A stretch of DNA of 20,000 bases from contig NC_057755.1 of NCBI RefSeq assembly GCF_004010195.1, forward strand, positions 2,727,510 through 2,747,509, read 5' to 3'. Numbering within the stretch: position 1 is the first letter of the stretch; every line of letters begins with the position of its first letter. Made by a program: the position numbers and the translations under genes. Shown here one piece after another: positions 1 through 11,763 of the stretch. This DNA comes from Chiloscyllium plagiosum (taxonomy: Eukaryota). The notes under the pieces were generated by a model. It was not told where the DNA came from. It saw nothing but the letters and a program-made list of their open reading frames with translations, and searched no databases.

Positions 1-276
1 TCCCCCTCCCACTATGCCGAGGACGTGCAGGCCTCCTCCACCGCCGCTTCCTCACCACCCGACTCATGGAGGAAGAACGCCTCATCTTCCATCTTGGAAC
101 ACTTCAACCCGAGGGCATCAATGTGGATTTCACCAGTTTCCTCATTTGCACTTCCCACACCTCACCCCAGCCCCAGCCTTCCCGCTCAGCACCGCCCTCA
201 TCCCCTGTCTTACATGCCTATCTTTCTTTCCACCTATCCAGTCCAGCATCCTCTCTGACCTATCACCTCTATCCCC
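1..276 (+). mobile_element. Penelope-like element fragment (C-terminus of GIY-YIG endonuclease plus 3' region)
   Basis: ORF 66..404 begins MEEERLIFHLGTLQPEGINVDF, matching the EQxLIFxLGTLQPxGIN motif that ends PLE GIY-YIG domains; pyrimidine-rich sequence follows. Confidence 0.8.
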
Positions 277-320
277 ACCGAAGAGTCTGCTTTCGTGCTG
301 TATATCTCTATGCCTCTATG
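277..320 (+). mobile_element. Tiny 3' tail of a CR1-type LINE (or of a SINE sharing that tail)
   Basis: accgaagagtctgctttcgtgctgtatatctctatgcctctatg closely matches the CR1 3' end at 9612-9653 (accgaagggactgtttccatgctgtacatctctatgactcta). Confidence 0.7.
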
Positions 321-2415
321 CATTTTAAACATTGTAACTGTATCTGCATTCATCACTTTCTGTCAGTTCATTCCAACACGCAATCCAATCTCTGTCCTTT
401 TTAAATCTTTCTCCTGCCACCTTTAAATATGAGCCCCTGTTTTGATATTCCCCCACCTGAGGGAAAAGACCTTGTGATTTACCTTCTCTATGCACGTCAT
501 GGTTGTATAAACCTCAATGAGGTCATCCCTCCATCTCCAATGTTCCAGTGAGAAATGTCCCCGCCTTTCCAGTCTATTTTTACATCTCAAACCCTCCATT
601 CCTGGCAACAACTTGGAAAATCTTCACTGAGCCCTCTCCAGTTTAATCCTTCCAGTAACAGGGCAACCAGAATTGCACACATTAATCCAGAAGAGGCTTC
701 CCCAACACGCTGTAAAACCTCAGTATAACATCCCAAATGCTGTATTCAATGGTCTGAGCAATGAAGGCAAGCATGCTAAATGCCTTCTTAACCAACCTGT
801 CTACCTAGAACACACATTTCAAAGAATGATGTACCTGAACCCCAAGGCCTCTCTGTTCTACAGCACTGCCTGGGGCCCTGCCATTAGTCCTATCCTTGTT
901 TGTTTTACCAAAATGCAATCCCTCACACGTTTCCAAATCAAACTCCACCTGCTACTCTTCAGTCCATTGACTCAATTGATCAAGATCTCTGCAATCCAGG
1001 TAACATTCTTTACTGACCACTTCACTACCAATTTGGGTATCATCCACAAACTTACTCACAATGCCTTCCATATTCTCATCCAAACCATTTCCATAAATGA
1101 CAAACAAAAGTGGATCCAGTACCGATCCCTGGGATACCGCTGGTCACAGGTATCCCATCAAAAACATATACCTCCACCATCGCTATCTGTTTCCTGCTAT
1201 GAAGCCAATGTTGTATCCAATTGGCAAGGTCACCCTGAATCCCATGTGCTCTAATTTTACTTATTTGATTACTATGCAGAGGCTTGTCAAAGGTTTTGCT
1301 GAAGTCCAAGTAAACAATATTTATTGCTCTGCCCACATCGATCTTTTTGGTCACTTCTTAAAAAAAATCGACCAAATTTGTGAGACATGAGTTTCCTCAC
1401 ACAAATGCTGACTATCCCTACTCAATCCTTGCCCCTCAAAATACATATAATCCCATCTTTCAGAATCATTTCCAATAACTTATCCACTACCAAAGTCAGA
1501 CTCACATGGTTATAGTTCCCTGGCTTCTCCGTCCATCTCTTCTTGAACAATGGCACAACATGACCCACCCTCCAGTCCTCTGGTATTTCACCCCTGTTTA
1601 TAGATGATACAAATATTACTGCTGGGGGTCCTGCAATTTCCTCCCGAACGTCCTACCTTGTCCTGGGATACACTTGCTCAGGTCCTAGAGATTTATCGAC
1701 CTTCATGTTTTCGAAGACCTCCAGCACTTTCTGTTCTGTTATGTCATCCCTGTTTTCAAAGCATCAATATTTATTTCCCTGAGTTCTCTAGCCTCCATTT
1801 CTTTCTCAACATTAAAAACTGATGCTAAATAGCCATCTCCTGAGGTTCAATACAAAGATAACCTTGTTAATCTTTAAGGGGTCTTGCTCTGAGTGGAGTT
1901 GCTGTCTGGCTCTTAATGTCTTTGTAGAACCTTTTTGGATTATCCTTAACCTTATCTGCCATGACTATCTCATATCACTCTTTGCCTTCCTGATTTCTTT
2001 GTTAAGAATGCTCCAGTACTCTTTATACCCTTCAAGAGATTCAGTTTGATCCTAATTGTTTGTATCTAACATATGATTCTTTTTTATTCCTGCCTGGAAT
2101 TTCAATACCTTTATTCACGCATTGTTCTCTAATCTTACCAGACTTGCCTTTCCCTCTGTCAGGAGCAACATGCTCGGAACTCTCCTTACCACACTTTTCT
2201 AAATGGCGCCAGATTAGGAAAATTAAAATCCCTTGCTATTACAACACTATTATTCTTGCATACATTTGAGATCTCAACATATTTTCTTCTCAATTTCCCT
2301 CTGACTACTGGGGGGCCTGTAGTCCAATCTTATCAAGTTGATCATCCCTTTCTTATTTCTCATTTCAAACCATAGATTTTCACTAAGTAGTCCCTCAGTA
2401 ATAGCTGCACTAAGG

Positions 2416-3270
2416 ACAGTAGTAATTGAATATCCGTGATTTCATGTGTAAACACCCTAAACTCCTCAGTTAGATTCCAGTCTGTAGTTCACTCCGCAGT
2501 ACTGGTTAATCAATTGTGAACCACACTGTACCCCTCAACTATACTGCAATCTGTAACTCACTCCCTGGTACCTGTTACTCTATATATTAATTCCCCATCA
2601 CTCTTCCTCAATCAAAACTGCTCCTCTCCCTCCTCTCTTACCTCTCTTTCTGTCCTTCCTATAGCATCTAAAACTCAGAACAGTGATCAGCCTGTCCTGT
2701 CGTTGCCTCAGCCACATTTCTGTAATCGCTCTAACAGGCGGGTTCTATGATGCCATACACACCCTGAGTCCATCAGCTTTATCTATGCAGAAATAAATGC
2801 AGATTAATTCTTCAGAGTTACTTTGGGGTCTGAATTGCTGTTGTCTAACAGTAGTAATTGAATATCCGTGATTTCATGTGTAAACACCATAAACTCCTCA
2901 GTTAGATTCCAGTCTGTAGTTCACTCCCCAGTACTGGTTAATCAATTGTGAACCACACTGTACCCCTCAACTATACTGCAATCTGTAACTCACTCCCTGG
3001 TACCTGTTACTCTATATATTAATTCCCCATCACTCTTCCTCAATCAAAACTGCTCCTCTCCCTCCTCTCTTGCCTCTCTTTCTGTCCTTCCTATAGCATC
3101 TAAAACTCAGAACATTGAGCAGCCTGTCCTGTCCTTGCCTCAGTCACGTTTCTGTCATCGCTTTAACAGGCGATGCCATACACACCCTGAGTCCATCAGC
3201 CTTATCTGTACAGAAATAAATGCAGTTTAATCCTTCAGAGTTAGTTTGGGGTCTGAATTGCTGTTGTCTA
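2416..3270. repeat. Tandem duplication, 2 copies (2416-2847, 432 bp; 2848-3270, 423 bp)
   Basis: Both copies start acagtagtaattgaatatccgtg and end ggggtctgaattgctgttgtcta; copy 2 lacks 9 bp; otherwise only scattered substitutions. Confidence 0.95.
2428..2598 (+). repeat. ~2.5 units of 70-bp satellite A inserted in the CR1 endonuclease (duplicated at ~2860-3030)
   Basis: Contains ttagattccagtctgtagttcactcc; the flanking CR1 peptides rejoin across it (..GAVLIEEE | ITTVLS..). Confidence 0.85.
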
Positions 3271-3949
3271 CCTTTTCTAAATAACTTGGGTTTTTTTCGA
3301 TTCAAAATCATCCTCATCTTTCTGTCCATTTGCACTGTTACATAGGGAAGCCCCACCCTTCCCCCAAAACAAAGTGTTTACAGCCTCTCGAAATAGAACC
3401 CAACAGGATATATGTCCCTTCCCAGTTCAGGTGAAACTCTCTCTTTTTGAACAGGCCTTTTCTGTCCCAGAAGAGATCCCGATGATCCTAGGAACGGAAT
3501 CCCTGCACATTGCACCACCTTTTCAGCCATTGATTTATCTGTCCTGTTCTTCCCTCATTTGAAATTGAGACCGGAAGTAAACCAGAAATTACTACACGTG
3601 ATGTTCTGTTTCGTTAACCTTCTATCCAAGCTCTTAGACTCACTCTGCAAAGCCCTAACCCCATTCCCTGACGATGTCATTCCTCCCGATGTTTTCAACA
3701 ACTTCCGGCTTCTCACTCTCCCCTTTGAAAATCTGCTTCAAATCTTTTGAGATGTCGTTCACCTTGGCACCAAGAAAGCAACAGACCACACTAGGGTTCA
3801 CGTCTACTGCTGCTAAATCCCTTTTCTGTGCCGCTGACAGGACACTCTCCTGTAACACTTGTTCTTTTTAATTTAGACAAACCTGTTTAACATGATTCAT
3901 TCTTGGTGCCCAAGATCTGACTCCTACTTCTGCTTGCCTCTGAGAGACT

Positions 3950-4445
3950 TGAATACCCTTGCCAACTTTATACGTGCACCATTGAGAGCTTTCTGTCTGG
4001 ATGTATCCAACTGTTCCATTCAGGATCGGAGACGGTTATTGAGAGTTGTGAATTTGGCCCAGACAATCACAAAGGCCAATCTCCTATGTATAGAATCCAT
4101 CTACCAGGTCCGCTGTCAAGGAAAGGCTGCTAGACTTCTCAAAGATTCATCCCACCCTGGAAATGTTTTTCACCATCTCTACTTTCAGGGAGAAGGTACA
4201 CATGCATCAGCTGGTTTCGAAGCAGTTTCTACTCTAATGTTTTTAGAATACTGAATGGACTCACAAACTCTGAACATGCGCCTGTCCCTGTGTTTTTGTT
4301 TTTTTGCCGCTGTTTACCTATTATTTACTTATCTATGCTACTTAACTCTGTGATCTACCTGTATAACTCACAAGGCAAAGCTTTTTCACTATACCTCAGT
4401 ACATGTGACAATAAACAAATTCAATTCAAATTCAATTCAATTCAA
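3950..4445 (+). mobile_element. 5'-truncated Rex1/Babar-clade LINE 3' end, nested in CR1 ORF1
   Basis: NTLANF..NCSIQDRRRLLRVVNLAQTITKANLLCIESIYQVRCQGKAARLLKDSSHPG is typical of the Rex1/Babar post-RT region; ends with AATAAA (~4410) and an (ATTCA)n tail. Confidence 0.8.
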
Positions 4446-4569
4446 AATGGAATGTCAGTTTGAGAGAGAAATAGCCACACGAGAACTCTGAACGACCTAT
4501 TATCTTTCCAGACAGACGATTATTTATCTGACTCATCCTGCTGCGTAATCCCTTCTCTAAATCGACTCT

Positions 4570-4870
4570 GATGTCGGGGAGCTGGTGTTGGACTGGGTGG
4601 ACAAGGTTAAAAATTACACAACCCCAGGTTATAGTACAACAGGTTTATTTGGAAGCATTAGCTTTCAGAACGCTGCTCCTTCATCAGGTAGCTGTGGAGC
4701 AGGATGTTTTGCAAAATATTACAATGTAATGCAACCGAAATGATACATTGAACAAACGGAATTGGCTGTTAAATCTTTCATCTTTTAAAGTTATTTCAAG
4801 AATGTGACTTAGAAGAAGCTCTGGGAGTTACATATTAATGAACCAATACCTGCAATCCATTCTAAAAGAT
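4570..4870 (-). mobile_element. Penelope-like element terminal (pLTR) fragment
   Basis: Carries a minimal hammerhead core followed by AATAAA on the minus strand (cctgatgaaggagcagcgttctgaaagcta..ccaaataaacc), the usual layout of PLE ends. Confidence 0.7.
4656..4690 (-). ncRNA. Minimal type I hammerhead ribozyme (Penelope-associated), degenerate
   Basis: Minus strand: uac-CUGAUGA-a-GGAGC(agc)GUUCU-GAAA-gc-UA-aug. Core boxes intact, stem II has 2 G-U pairs, palindromic AGCU at stem III, stem I mismatched. Confidence 0.72.
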
Positions 4871-4874
4871 ACTC

Positions 4875-5282
4875 ATTTCAGTCAGTATCTCACTTCTGGG
4901 CATCTGTTATTCAATATATAAACTTCCTAGATACCTTCGATAAGATTGCAGCCTGGATCTCACTCCTGGGTCGGTTATTCTATAATTTTTGCTCCATATA
5001 CCTGTTATTTTATACATAAAACCAATCTCCCAAACTCTCTATTAAATTCCAGCCCATATCTCTCTCCTGAGCATCTGTGATTCCATATGTAAACACCCTA
5101 AACTGCTGACTTAGATTCAAGTCTGCCTCTCACTCCCCATATTTGGTTAATCAATTGTGAACAACACTGTCCCCCTTGACTATACTCCTGTCTGTAACTT
5201 AATCCCTGGTACCTGTTACTCTGTATATTAATCCCCAATCCCTCAAATAGATTACAGACTGAAACTCACTCTGCGGTTTGTT
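4875..5282 (+). repeat. Degenerate array of 70-bp satellite A (~6 units); resumes at 7470-7520 after a CR1 insertion
   Basis: Recurring (t/a)agattcca-gtctg..ctcactcc at ~70-bp spacing; the unit phase continues after the CR1 tail (ataagc..catcgatgagattccagtccctaactca). Confidence 0.8.
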
Positions 5283-7469
5283 AAAGGGAACTATGGAGCT
5301 ATGAGGGAGGAGCTGGCCAAAGTTCAATGGTGCAATACCTTAGCAGGGATGACAGTGGAGGAACAATGGCGGATATTTCTGTGTACAATGCAGTAGTTGC
5401 AGGATCAGTTCATTCCAAAAAGGAAGAAAGATCCTAGGAGGAGGCATGGGTGGCCGTGGCTGACGAGGGAAGTTAAGAAACATATAAAGTCAAAAGAGAA
5501 AAAGTATAACGTAGGAAAGATAAGTGGGAAAACAGAGGACTGGGAAGCCTTTAAAGAACAACAGAGGAGTACTAAGAAGGAAATACGCAAAGAAAAAATG
5601 AGGTATGAAGGTAAACTGGCCAATAATATAAAGGAGGATAGTAAAAGCTTTTTCAGGTATGTGAAAGGCAAAAAAAATTGGTTAAGACTAAAATTGGGCC
5701 CTTGAAGACAGAAAGAGGGGAATATATTACGGGGAACAAAGAAATGGCAGAAGAATTGATTTGGTACTTTAGATATGTGTTCACTGGGGAAGACACAAGC
5801 AATGTCCCTGAGGTAACAGTGGCTGAAGGACCTGAACTGAAGGGAATTTATATTTGCCAGGAATTGATGTTGAAGAGACTGTTAGGTCTGAAGACTGCTA
5901 AGTCCCTGGGGCCTGATGGTCTACATCACAGGTTACTGAAGGAGGTGGCTCTAGAAATCGTGGAATGCTTTGGTGATTATTTTCCAGAGTTCGACAGATT
6001 CAGGATTGGAGGGTGGCTAACGTTATACCACTTTTTACGAAAGATGAGAAAGGAGAGAGGAAACAAGAAATTATAGACCAGTTAGTCTGACCTCAGTGGT
6101 GGGAAAGATGCTGGAGTATATTAAAAAGGATGAAATTACGACACATCTGGATAGTAATAACAGGATAGGTCAGAGTCAGCATGGATTTATGAAGGGGAAA
6201 TCATGCTTGACTAATCTTCTGGAATTTTTTGAGGATGTAACTCTGAAGATGGACGAGGGAGATCCAGTAGATGTAGTGTACCTGGACTTTCAGAAAGCTT
6301 TTGATAAAGTCCCACATAGGAGGTTAGTCAGCAAAATGAGGGCGCATGGTATTGGGGACAAAGTACTAACTTGGATTGAAAGTTGGTTGGCTGATAGGAA
6401 ACAAAGAGTAGTGATAAACGGCTCCACTTCAGAATGGCAGGCAGTGACCAGTGGGGTACCGCAGGGATCAGAACTGGGACTGCAGCTTTGTACAATATAT
6501 GTTCATGATATAGAAGATGGTATTAGCAATAACATTAGCAAATTTGCTGATGATACTCAGCTGGGTGGCAGGGTGAAATGTGAGGAGCATGTTAGGAGAT
6601 TACAGGGTGACCTGGACAAGTTAGGTGAGTGGTCAGATGCATGGCAGATGCAGTTTAATGTGGATAAATGTATGGTTATCCACTTTGGTGGCAAGAAAAG
6701 GAAGGCAGATTACTGTCGAAATGGAATCAATTTAGGAAAGGGGCAATACAAAGAGATCTGCGTGTTCATGTACACCAGTCAATGAAGGTAAGCATGCAGG
6801 TACAGCAGGTAGTGAAGAAGGCTAATAGCATGCTGGCCTTCATAACAAGAGGGATTGAGTATAGAAGCAAAGAGGTTCTTCTCAGCTGTACAGGGCGCTG
6901 GTGAGACAACACCTGGAATACTGTGTGCAGTTCTGGTCTCCAAATTTGAGGAAAGACATTCTGGCTATTGAGGGAGTGCAGCGGAAGTTCATGAGGTCAA
7001 TTCCTGAAATGGCGGGATTACCTTACCCTGAAAGACTGGAGCGACTGGGCTTGTATATCCTTGAGTTTAGAACACTGAGAGGGGATTTGATTGAGACATA
7101 TAAGATTATTAAAGGATTGGACGCTCTGGCGGCAGAAAACATGTTTCCGCTGATGGGTGAGTGCTGAACCAGAAGACACAGCTTCAAAATACGGGGGAGA
7201 CCATTTAGGACAGAAATGAGGAGAAACTTCTTCACCCAGAGAGTGGTGGCTGTGTGGAATGCTCTGCCCCTGACGGCAGTGGAGGCCCAGTCTCTGGATT
7301 CATTTAAGAAAGAGTTGGATAGAGCTCTCAAGGATAGGGGAATCAAGGGTTTTGGAGATAAGATAGGAACAGCATACTGATTAAGGATGATCAGCCATGA
7401 TCATTTTGAATGATGGTGCAGGCTCGAAGGGCAGAATGGCCTACTCCTGCACCTATTGTCTATTGTCTA
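5283..7469 (+). mobile_element. 5'-truncated CR1 LINE (ORF2 RT with frameshifts), intact 3' end
   Basis: Consecutive ORF2 pieces 5397..5705, 5678..6076, 6096..6785 (QHGF..KSCLTNL, YLDFQKAFDKVPH, GVPQGS, KFADD), 6668..6904, 6901..7167; 3' tail gaatggcctactcctgcacctattgtctattgtcta. Confidence 0.95.
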
Positions 7470-7619
7470 CAATGCATAAGCTCACTGAGACCATCGATGA
7501 GATTCCAGTCCCTAACTCAGTATAAACTAAACAGTTGAATATTACATTGGGAGCAGAAACAAAGAAAGCTCAAATTTAATTTTTACCAGATTCTGATTCT
7601 CCAAAAATATTTGATAAAG

Positions 7620-7714
7620 TGCAGTGGTTCAAAAAGGCAGCTCCCTGCCACCTTGTCAAGGGCTAATGGGAATGGACCCAGCCAGTGATGCCCACATCCC
7701 ATGAACCAATGAAA
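7620..7714 (+). mobile_element. Short 3' end of an L2/CR1-superfamily element
   Basis: ggttcaaaaaggcagctc..ccaccttgtcaagggc..cccagccagtgatgcccacatcccatgaa resembles a common shark LINE/SINE tail; recognised from memory only. Confidence 0.55.
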
Positions 7715-7749
7715 TTGATCAATCCTTTTGCTTTGTTAATCACTCGCTG

Positions 7750-10700
7750 ATGGACGCCGCCGCCATTTTCTGCTCGGATCCGCTGATCCTGCACAGAAAC
7801 ATGTGCATCTGTGACCAGTTCAAACAGGTCTCCGGGGCCAGGGTAAACCGAAGCATGAGTGAGGCCATGCTCTTCGAGAAAAAAAGAAGGAACATATGTC
7901 AGGTATAGACAGGGTAAATCGAGTGAATTCTTAGAAGAGTAAAAAGAAAGTAGGAGTATGCTTAAGAGGGAAATCAGGAGGGCAAAACAGGGACATGAGA
8001 TAGCTTTGGCAAATAGAATTAAATAGAATCCAAAAGGGTTTTACAAATATATGAAGGACAAAAGGGTAACTAGGGAGAGAATAGGGCCCCCTCAAAGATC
8101 AGCAAGGAGGCCTTTGTGTGGAGCGACAGAAAATGCAGGAGATACTAAATGAATATTTTGCATCAGTATTTACTGTGGAAAAGGATATGGAAGATATAGA
8201 CTGTAGGGAAATAGATGGTGACATCTTGCAAAATGTCCAGATTACAGAGGAGGAAGTGCTCGGTATCTTGAAATGGTTAAAAGTGGATAAATCCCAGGAC
8301 CTGATCAGGTGTACCCGAGAAGTCTGTGGGAATCTAGAGAAGTGATTGTTGGGTCTCTTGCTGAGATATTTGAATCATTGATAGTCACAGGTGAGGTGCT
8401 GGAAGACTGGAGGTTGGCAAACGTGATGCCACTGTTTAAGAAGGGCGGTAAAGACAAACTGGGGAATGATAGACCAATGAGCCTGACCTCGGTGGTGGGC
8501 AAGTTGTTGGAGGGAATCCTGAGGGACAGGATGTACATGTATTTGGAAAGGCAAGGACTGATTTGGGATAGTCAACATGGCTTTGTGCGTGGAAAATCAT
8601 GTCTCACAAACTTGATTGAGTTTTTTGAAAAAGTAACAAAGAAGATTGATGAGGGCAGAGCAGTAGATGTGATCTATATGTCCCTTGATGTAAAGATCCC
8701 CCATTTAATATTTTATTCCTCAAGAGAGCATTGGTAGCTGAATTGCTTCCAGATCTCCAATAGAATGCAAGGAAAACAGAACAATAGCATGAATGGTTCT
8801 CTCATTTTCTTCCTCTTAAGGACTTTTCTTAATGGCAGATGGAGTTTAATTCAGATAAATGCGAGGTGCTGTATTTTGGGAAAGCAAATCTTAGCAGGAC
8901 TTATACACTTAATGGAAAGGTCCTAGGGATGGTTGCTGAACAAAGAGACCTTGGAGTGCAGGTTCATAGCTTCTTGGAAGTGGAATCGCAGGTAGATAGG
9001 ATAGTGAAGAAGGCGTTTGGTATGCTTTCCTTTATTGGTCAGAGTATTGAGTACAGGAGTTGGAAGGTCATGTTGCAGCTGTACAGGACAGTGGTTAAGC
9101 CACTGTTGGAATATTGCGTGCAATTCTGGTCTCCTTCCTATCGGAAAGATGTTGTGAAACTTGAAAGATTTCAGAAAAGATTTACAAGGGTGTTGCCACG
9201 GTTGGAGGATCTGAGCTACCGGGAAAGGCTGGATAGGCTGAGGCTGTTTTCCCTCGAGCGTCGGAGGCTGAGGGGTGACCTTACAGAGTTTTACAAAATT
9301 ATGAGGGGCATGGATAGGACAAATAGACAAAGTCTTTTTCCCTGTGGTCGGGGAGTCCAGAACGAGAGTGCATAGGTTTAGGGTGAGAGAGGAAAGCTAT
9401 AGAAGAGACCTAAGTTGCAACCTTTTCACGCAGAGGGTGGTACGTGTATGGAATGAGCTGTCAGAGGATGTGGTGGAGGCTGGTACAATTGCAACATTTA
9501 AGATGCATTTGGATTGCTATATGAATAGGAAAGGTTTGGAGGGATATTGGCCGGGTGCTGGCAGGTGGGACTAGTTTGGGTTGGGATATCTGGTTGGCGT
9601 GAACAGATTGGACCGAAGGGACTGTTTCCATGCTGTACATCTCTATGACTCTATAACAAGGCCGACCAATTCTCCATCCCCTTCACCATCAGGACTGACC
9701 ACCTGAAGGTGCTGGGTGTTTGATTTGGACGGGCTGGGGTGTGTACCAAGTCTTGGGAGGAGCGTATCAGGAAAGTGAGGCAGAAACTGGGCAGATGGGA
9801 GCAACGGTCACTCTCCAACGTGGGTGAAAACCTCGTCATCAGGTGTGAGGTACTGTCATTGTTGTTATATGTGGCACAGGCCTGGCCTAGACGTGTGCCA
9901 CTGCAGTCACCCGGGCCATCTTCCACTGCATATGGTCCGAAGGGACACCATGTATAAAGATCTGGGCAACGGGGGAAAAAACACCTCCAATGTCACCCTC
10001 ACCCTGATGGTCACCCTTGCATGTGGCTGCATCAAGCTGTGCGTGGATCCCCGGTACGCAAACACGAAGTGTCACTATGTTTTACCTGTCCCCGGTGTTG
10101 CAACGGATGGGCCTGGCCTCGATACCGCAGAACACTCCAAGTAGTTGGACCGTTCCGGATCACCTGTCCTTCGTGGAGAAATTTATGAAGAAAAGCAGAT
10201 TTGACCACAAGTCCATCCGGAAGTGGTCAGCACATAGTGTCCTTGAGACCCTTTGGGAAAAGGAGAGGGTGGATCCTATTGAGTGGTTCCCTGAGCAGAC
10301 TGTCAAAGTCATTTGGCAAAATGCCTCATCGCCAGAACTTTCCAACAAGCACGAAGACATGGCTTGGCAGGTGGTGAGAAGGGCTCTGCCTGTGATATCC
10401 TCCATGCATGCCCGGACTGTCTGCCCCACCGTATGCTGCCCTTGAAGCGGCTGCGGAGAGGTCGGGACTGTCACACACCTCCTTCTGGAATGTACCTATG
10501 CAGAAGAAGTCTGGAGAGGAATGCAGTGGTGTTTGTTGAGGTTCGTCCCGAGCAGCGGCGTGATGTGGGATGCTGTGCTCTGTGGCCTGTTCCCTGGGAC
10601 GCACACTGAGACGAACATCAACTGTGCCTGGAGGATCATCAACTCGGTGAAAGATACCTGTCTGAAACTTGTTGGTCTTCCAGCTGAAGGAGTTGACCCT

Positions 10701-11007
10701 GACTGAGTGTTGCAGACTAGCACATTCCAAGGTCCAGGATTACTTGTTGAGGAACGCGCTGAAGCTTGGGGAAAGACCACCGTGTAAGATCTGCCTGCCT
10801 AAGAAGAACAAGGGGCCCACTCAGTAATTGGGCCCCACTGACGCCTCAGCTAACCACCTGGATGGTTAACATATAGATGTGTATAGACAAATGATTAAGT
10901 CCGATCTCTGTCCATAAAGAAATACAATGTATACATATGAATGGGATCACCAATTGTATAGATATCAAAATATTTTTATGAATAAAGTCTATTTTTGAAA
11001 TGAAAAA
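7750..11007 (+). mobile_element. 5'-truncated Tx1-clade (L1 superfamily) LINE with 12-bp TSD, split by a CR1
   Basis: 7750-7875 reads MDAAAIFCSDPL..ICDQFKQVSGARVNRSMSEAMLF (decayed YMDD region) and resumes at ~9655 (ADQFSIPFTIRTDHLKVLGV); C-terminal CP*SGC..TVTHLLLEC zinc knuckle (~10436-10493); AATAAA 10981 plus A-tail; aatcactcgctg at 7738-7749 and 11008-11019. Confidence 0.9.
7877..9653 (+). mobile_element. 5'-truncated CR1 LINE nested in Tx1; RT core replaced by 150 bp of unrelated DNA
   Basis: ORF2 pieces 8118..8345, 8309..8680 (QHGFVRGKSCLTNL..DVIYM), 8839..9375 (MEFNSDKCEVLYFGK..LEYCVQFWSP), 9344..9574; tail ctctatgactcta. Confidence 0.93.
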
Positions 11008-11212
11008 AATCACTCGCTGCACTCTTCCTCACTTCCGTAGTCCCATGCCCTGGAAATAATTGGCAAACAAGCATCATACTTGGTGACACAAGCACATTAG
11101 GTTACTGTGATTAGTGAAGAAGGATGCGGAAAATAATGTTGAATACCTAAGTCGTGGGGTGAAGGAGGACTTGACTCAATATTACAGGGCCCTGGTAACA
11201 GGCAGATAGACT

Positions 11213-11440
11213 GACAGACACACACACATACACACACACAAACACGCACATACAGACACACAGATGCACTCTCTCTCACACACACACACAGATGCACACA
11301 CTCTCTCTCACACACACGCACACTCTCACTCTCTCACACACACATATAGTTACGTGAACGCACACACAATCTCTCTCTCTCTCACACACACACAAACACT
11401 CACACACACAAACACTCACTCACACGGGCACACACACAGT
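11213..11440. repeat. Imperfect (CA)n/(CT)n microsatellite
   Basis: Direct inspection. Confidence 0.95.
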
Positions 11441-11630
11441 TGGTCACACAGTTACACAGGGACATGAAATGGCAAAATAACGTTGGAATTGTCAAATATT
11501 AAAGCTCCACTAAACAATTCCTGGGTGTTAAATGAACACAGGATATTCACCGACATGTCAAGTCTGAGAGGCTCCTGTCTCACACTCCGGATTGGAATCA
11601 GATGCTGTGTTTGGGAGCAGGATATGGCAC

Positions 11631-11763
11631 ATGGGATTAGAACGACTGTCCATGGGGATGTTCACAACCAGCAATCTAACGGAATCAGAACAGAACAGAG
11701 AGAATCAAACAAAGACCTTGGTGTTGAATTTGTGCAATAGTTCCATTCTTGTTGGGTCTGTGT
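11631..11763 (+). pseudogene. Candidate decayed exon 1 of the GPR139/142-like GPCR
   Basis: Open frame ..MFTTSNLTESEQNRENQTKTLVLNLCNSSILVGSV with three N-x-S/T sequons and a hydrophobic end, followed by a phase-1 GTAAG donor at 11764-11768. Similarity is weak. Confidence 0.3.

Larger units (their letters stand above)
321..4560 (-). mobile_element. Long decayed CR1 LINE (ORF1 esterase + ORF2 EN-RT), interrupted by a satellite insert, a tandem duplication and a Rex1 fragment
   Basis: Minus-strand peptides: ORF2 C-terminus (423..611), RT YLDFSKTFDK (1076..1354), EN motifs DYRPPS (~2305-2325) and AITEMWL..RKDR..RGG (~2625-2730). ORF1 SGNH-like VCCFLGAKVNDIS..PEVVENIGRND (3655..3858) and VAISLSN*HSI (~4447-4480). 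Many stops and frameshifts. Confidence 0.88.

Noticed and set aside
673..1254. 193-aa ORF and similar ORFs (5405-5671, 7023-7346, 8923-9330, 10326-10730)
   Set aside because: Antisense frames of CR1/Tx1 coding sequence.
11097..11467. Cys/Val-rich and His/Thr-rich ORFs
   Set aside because: Translations of the (CA)n microsatellite.
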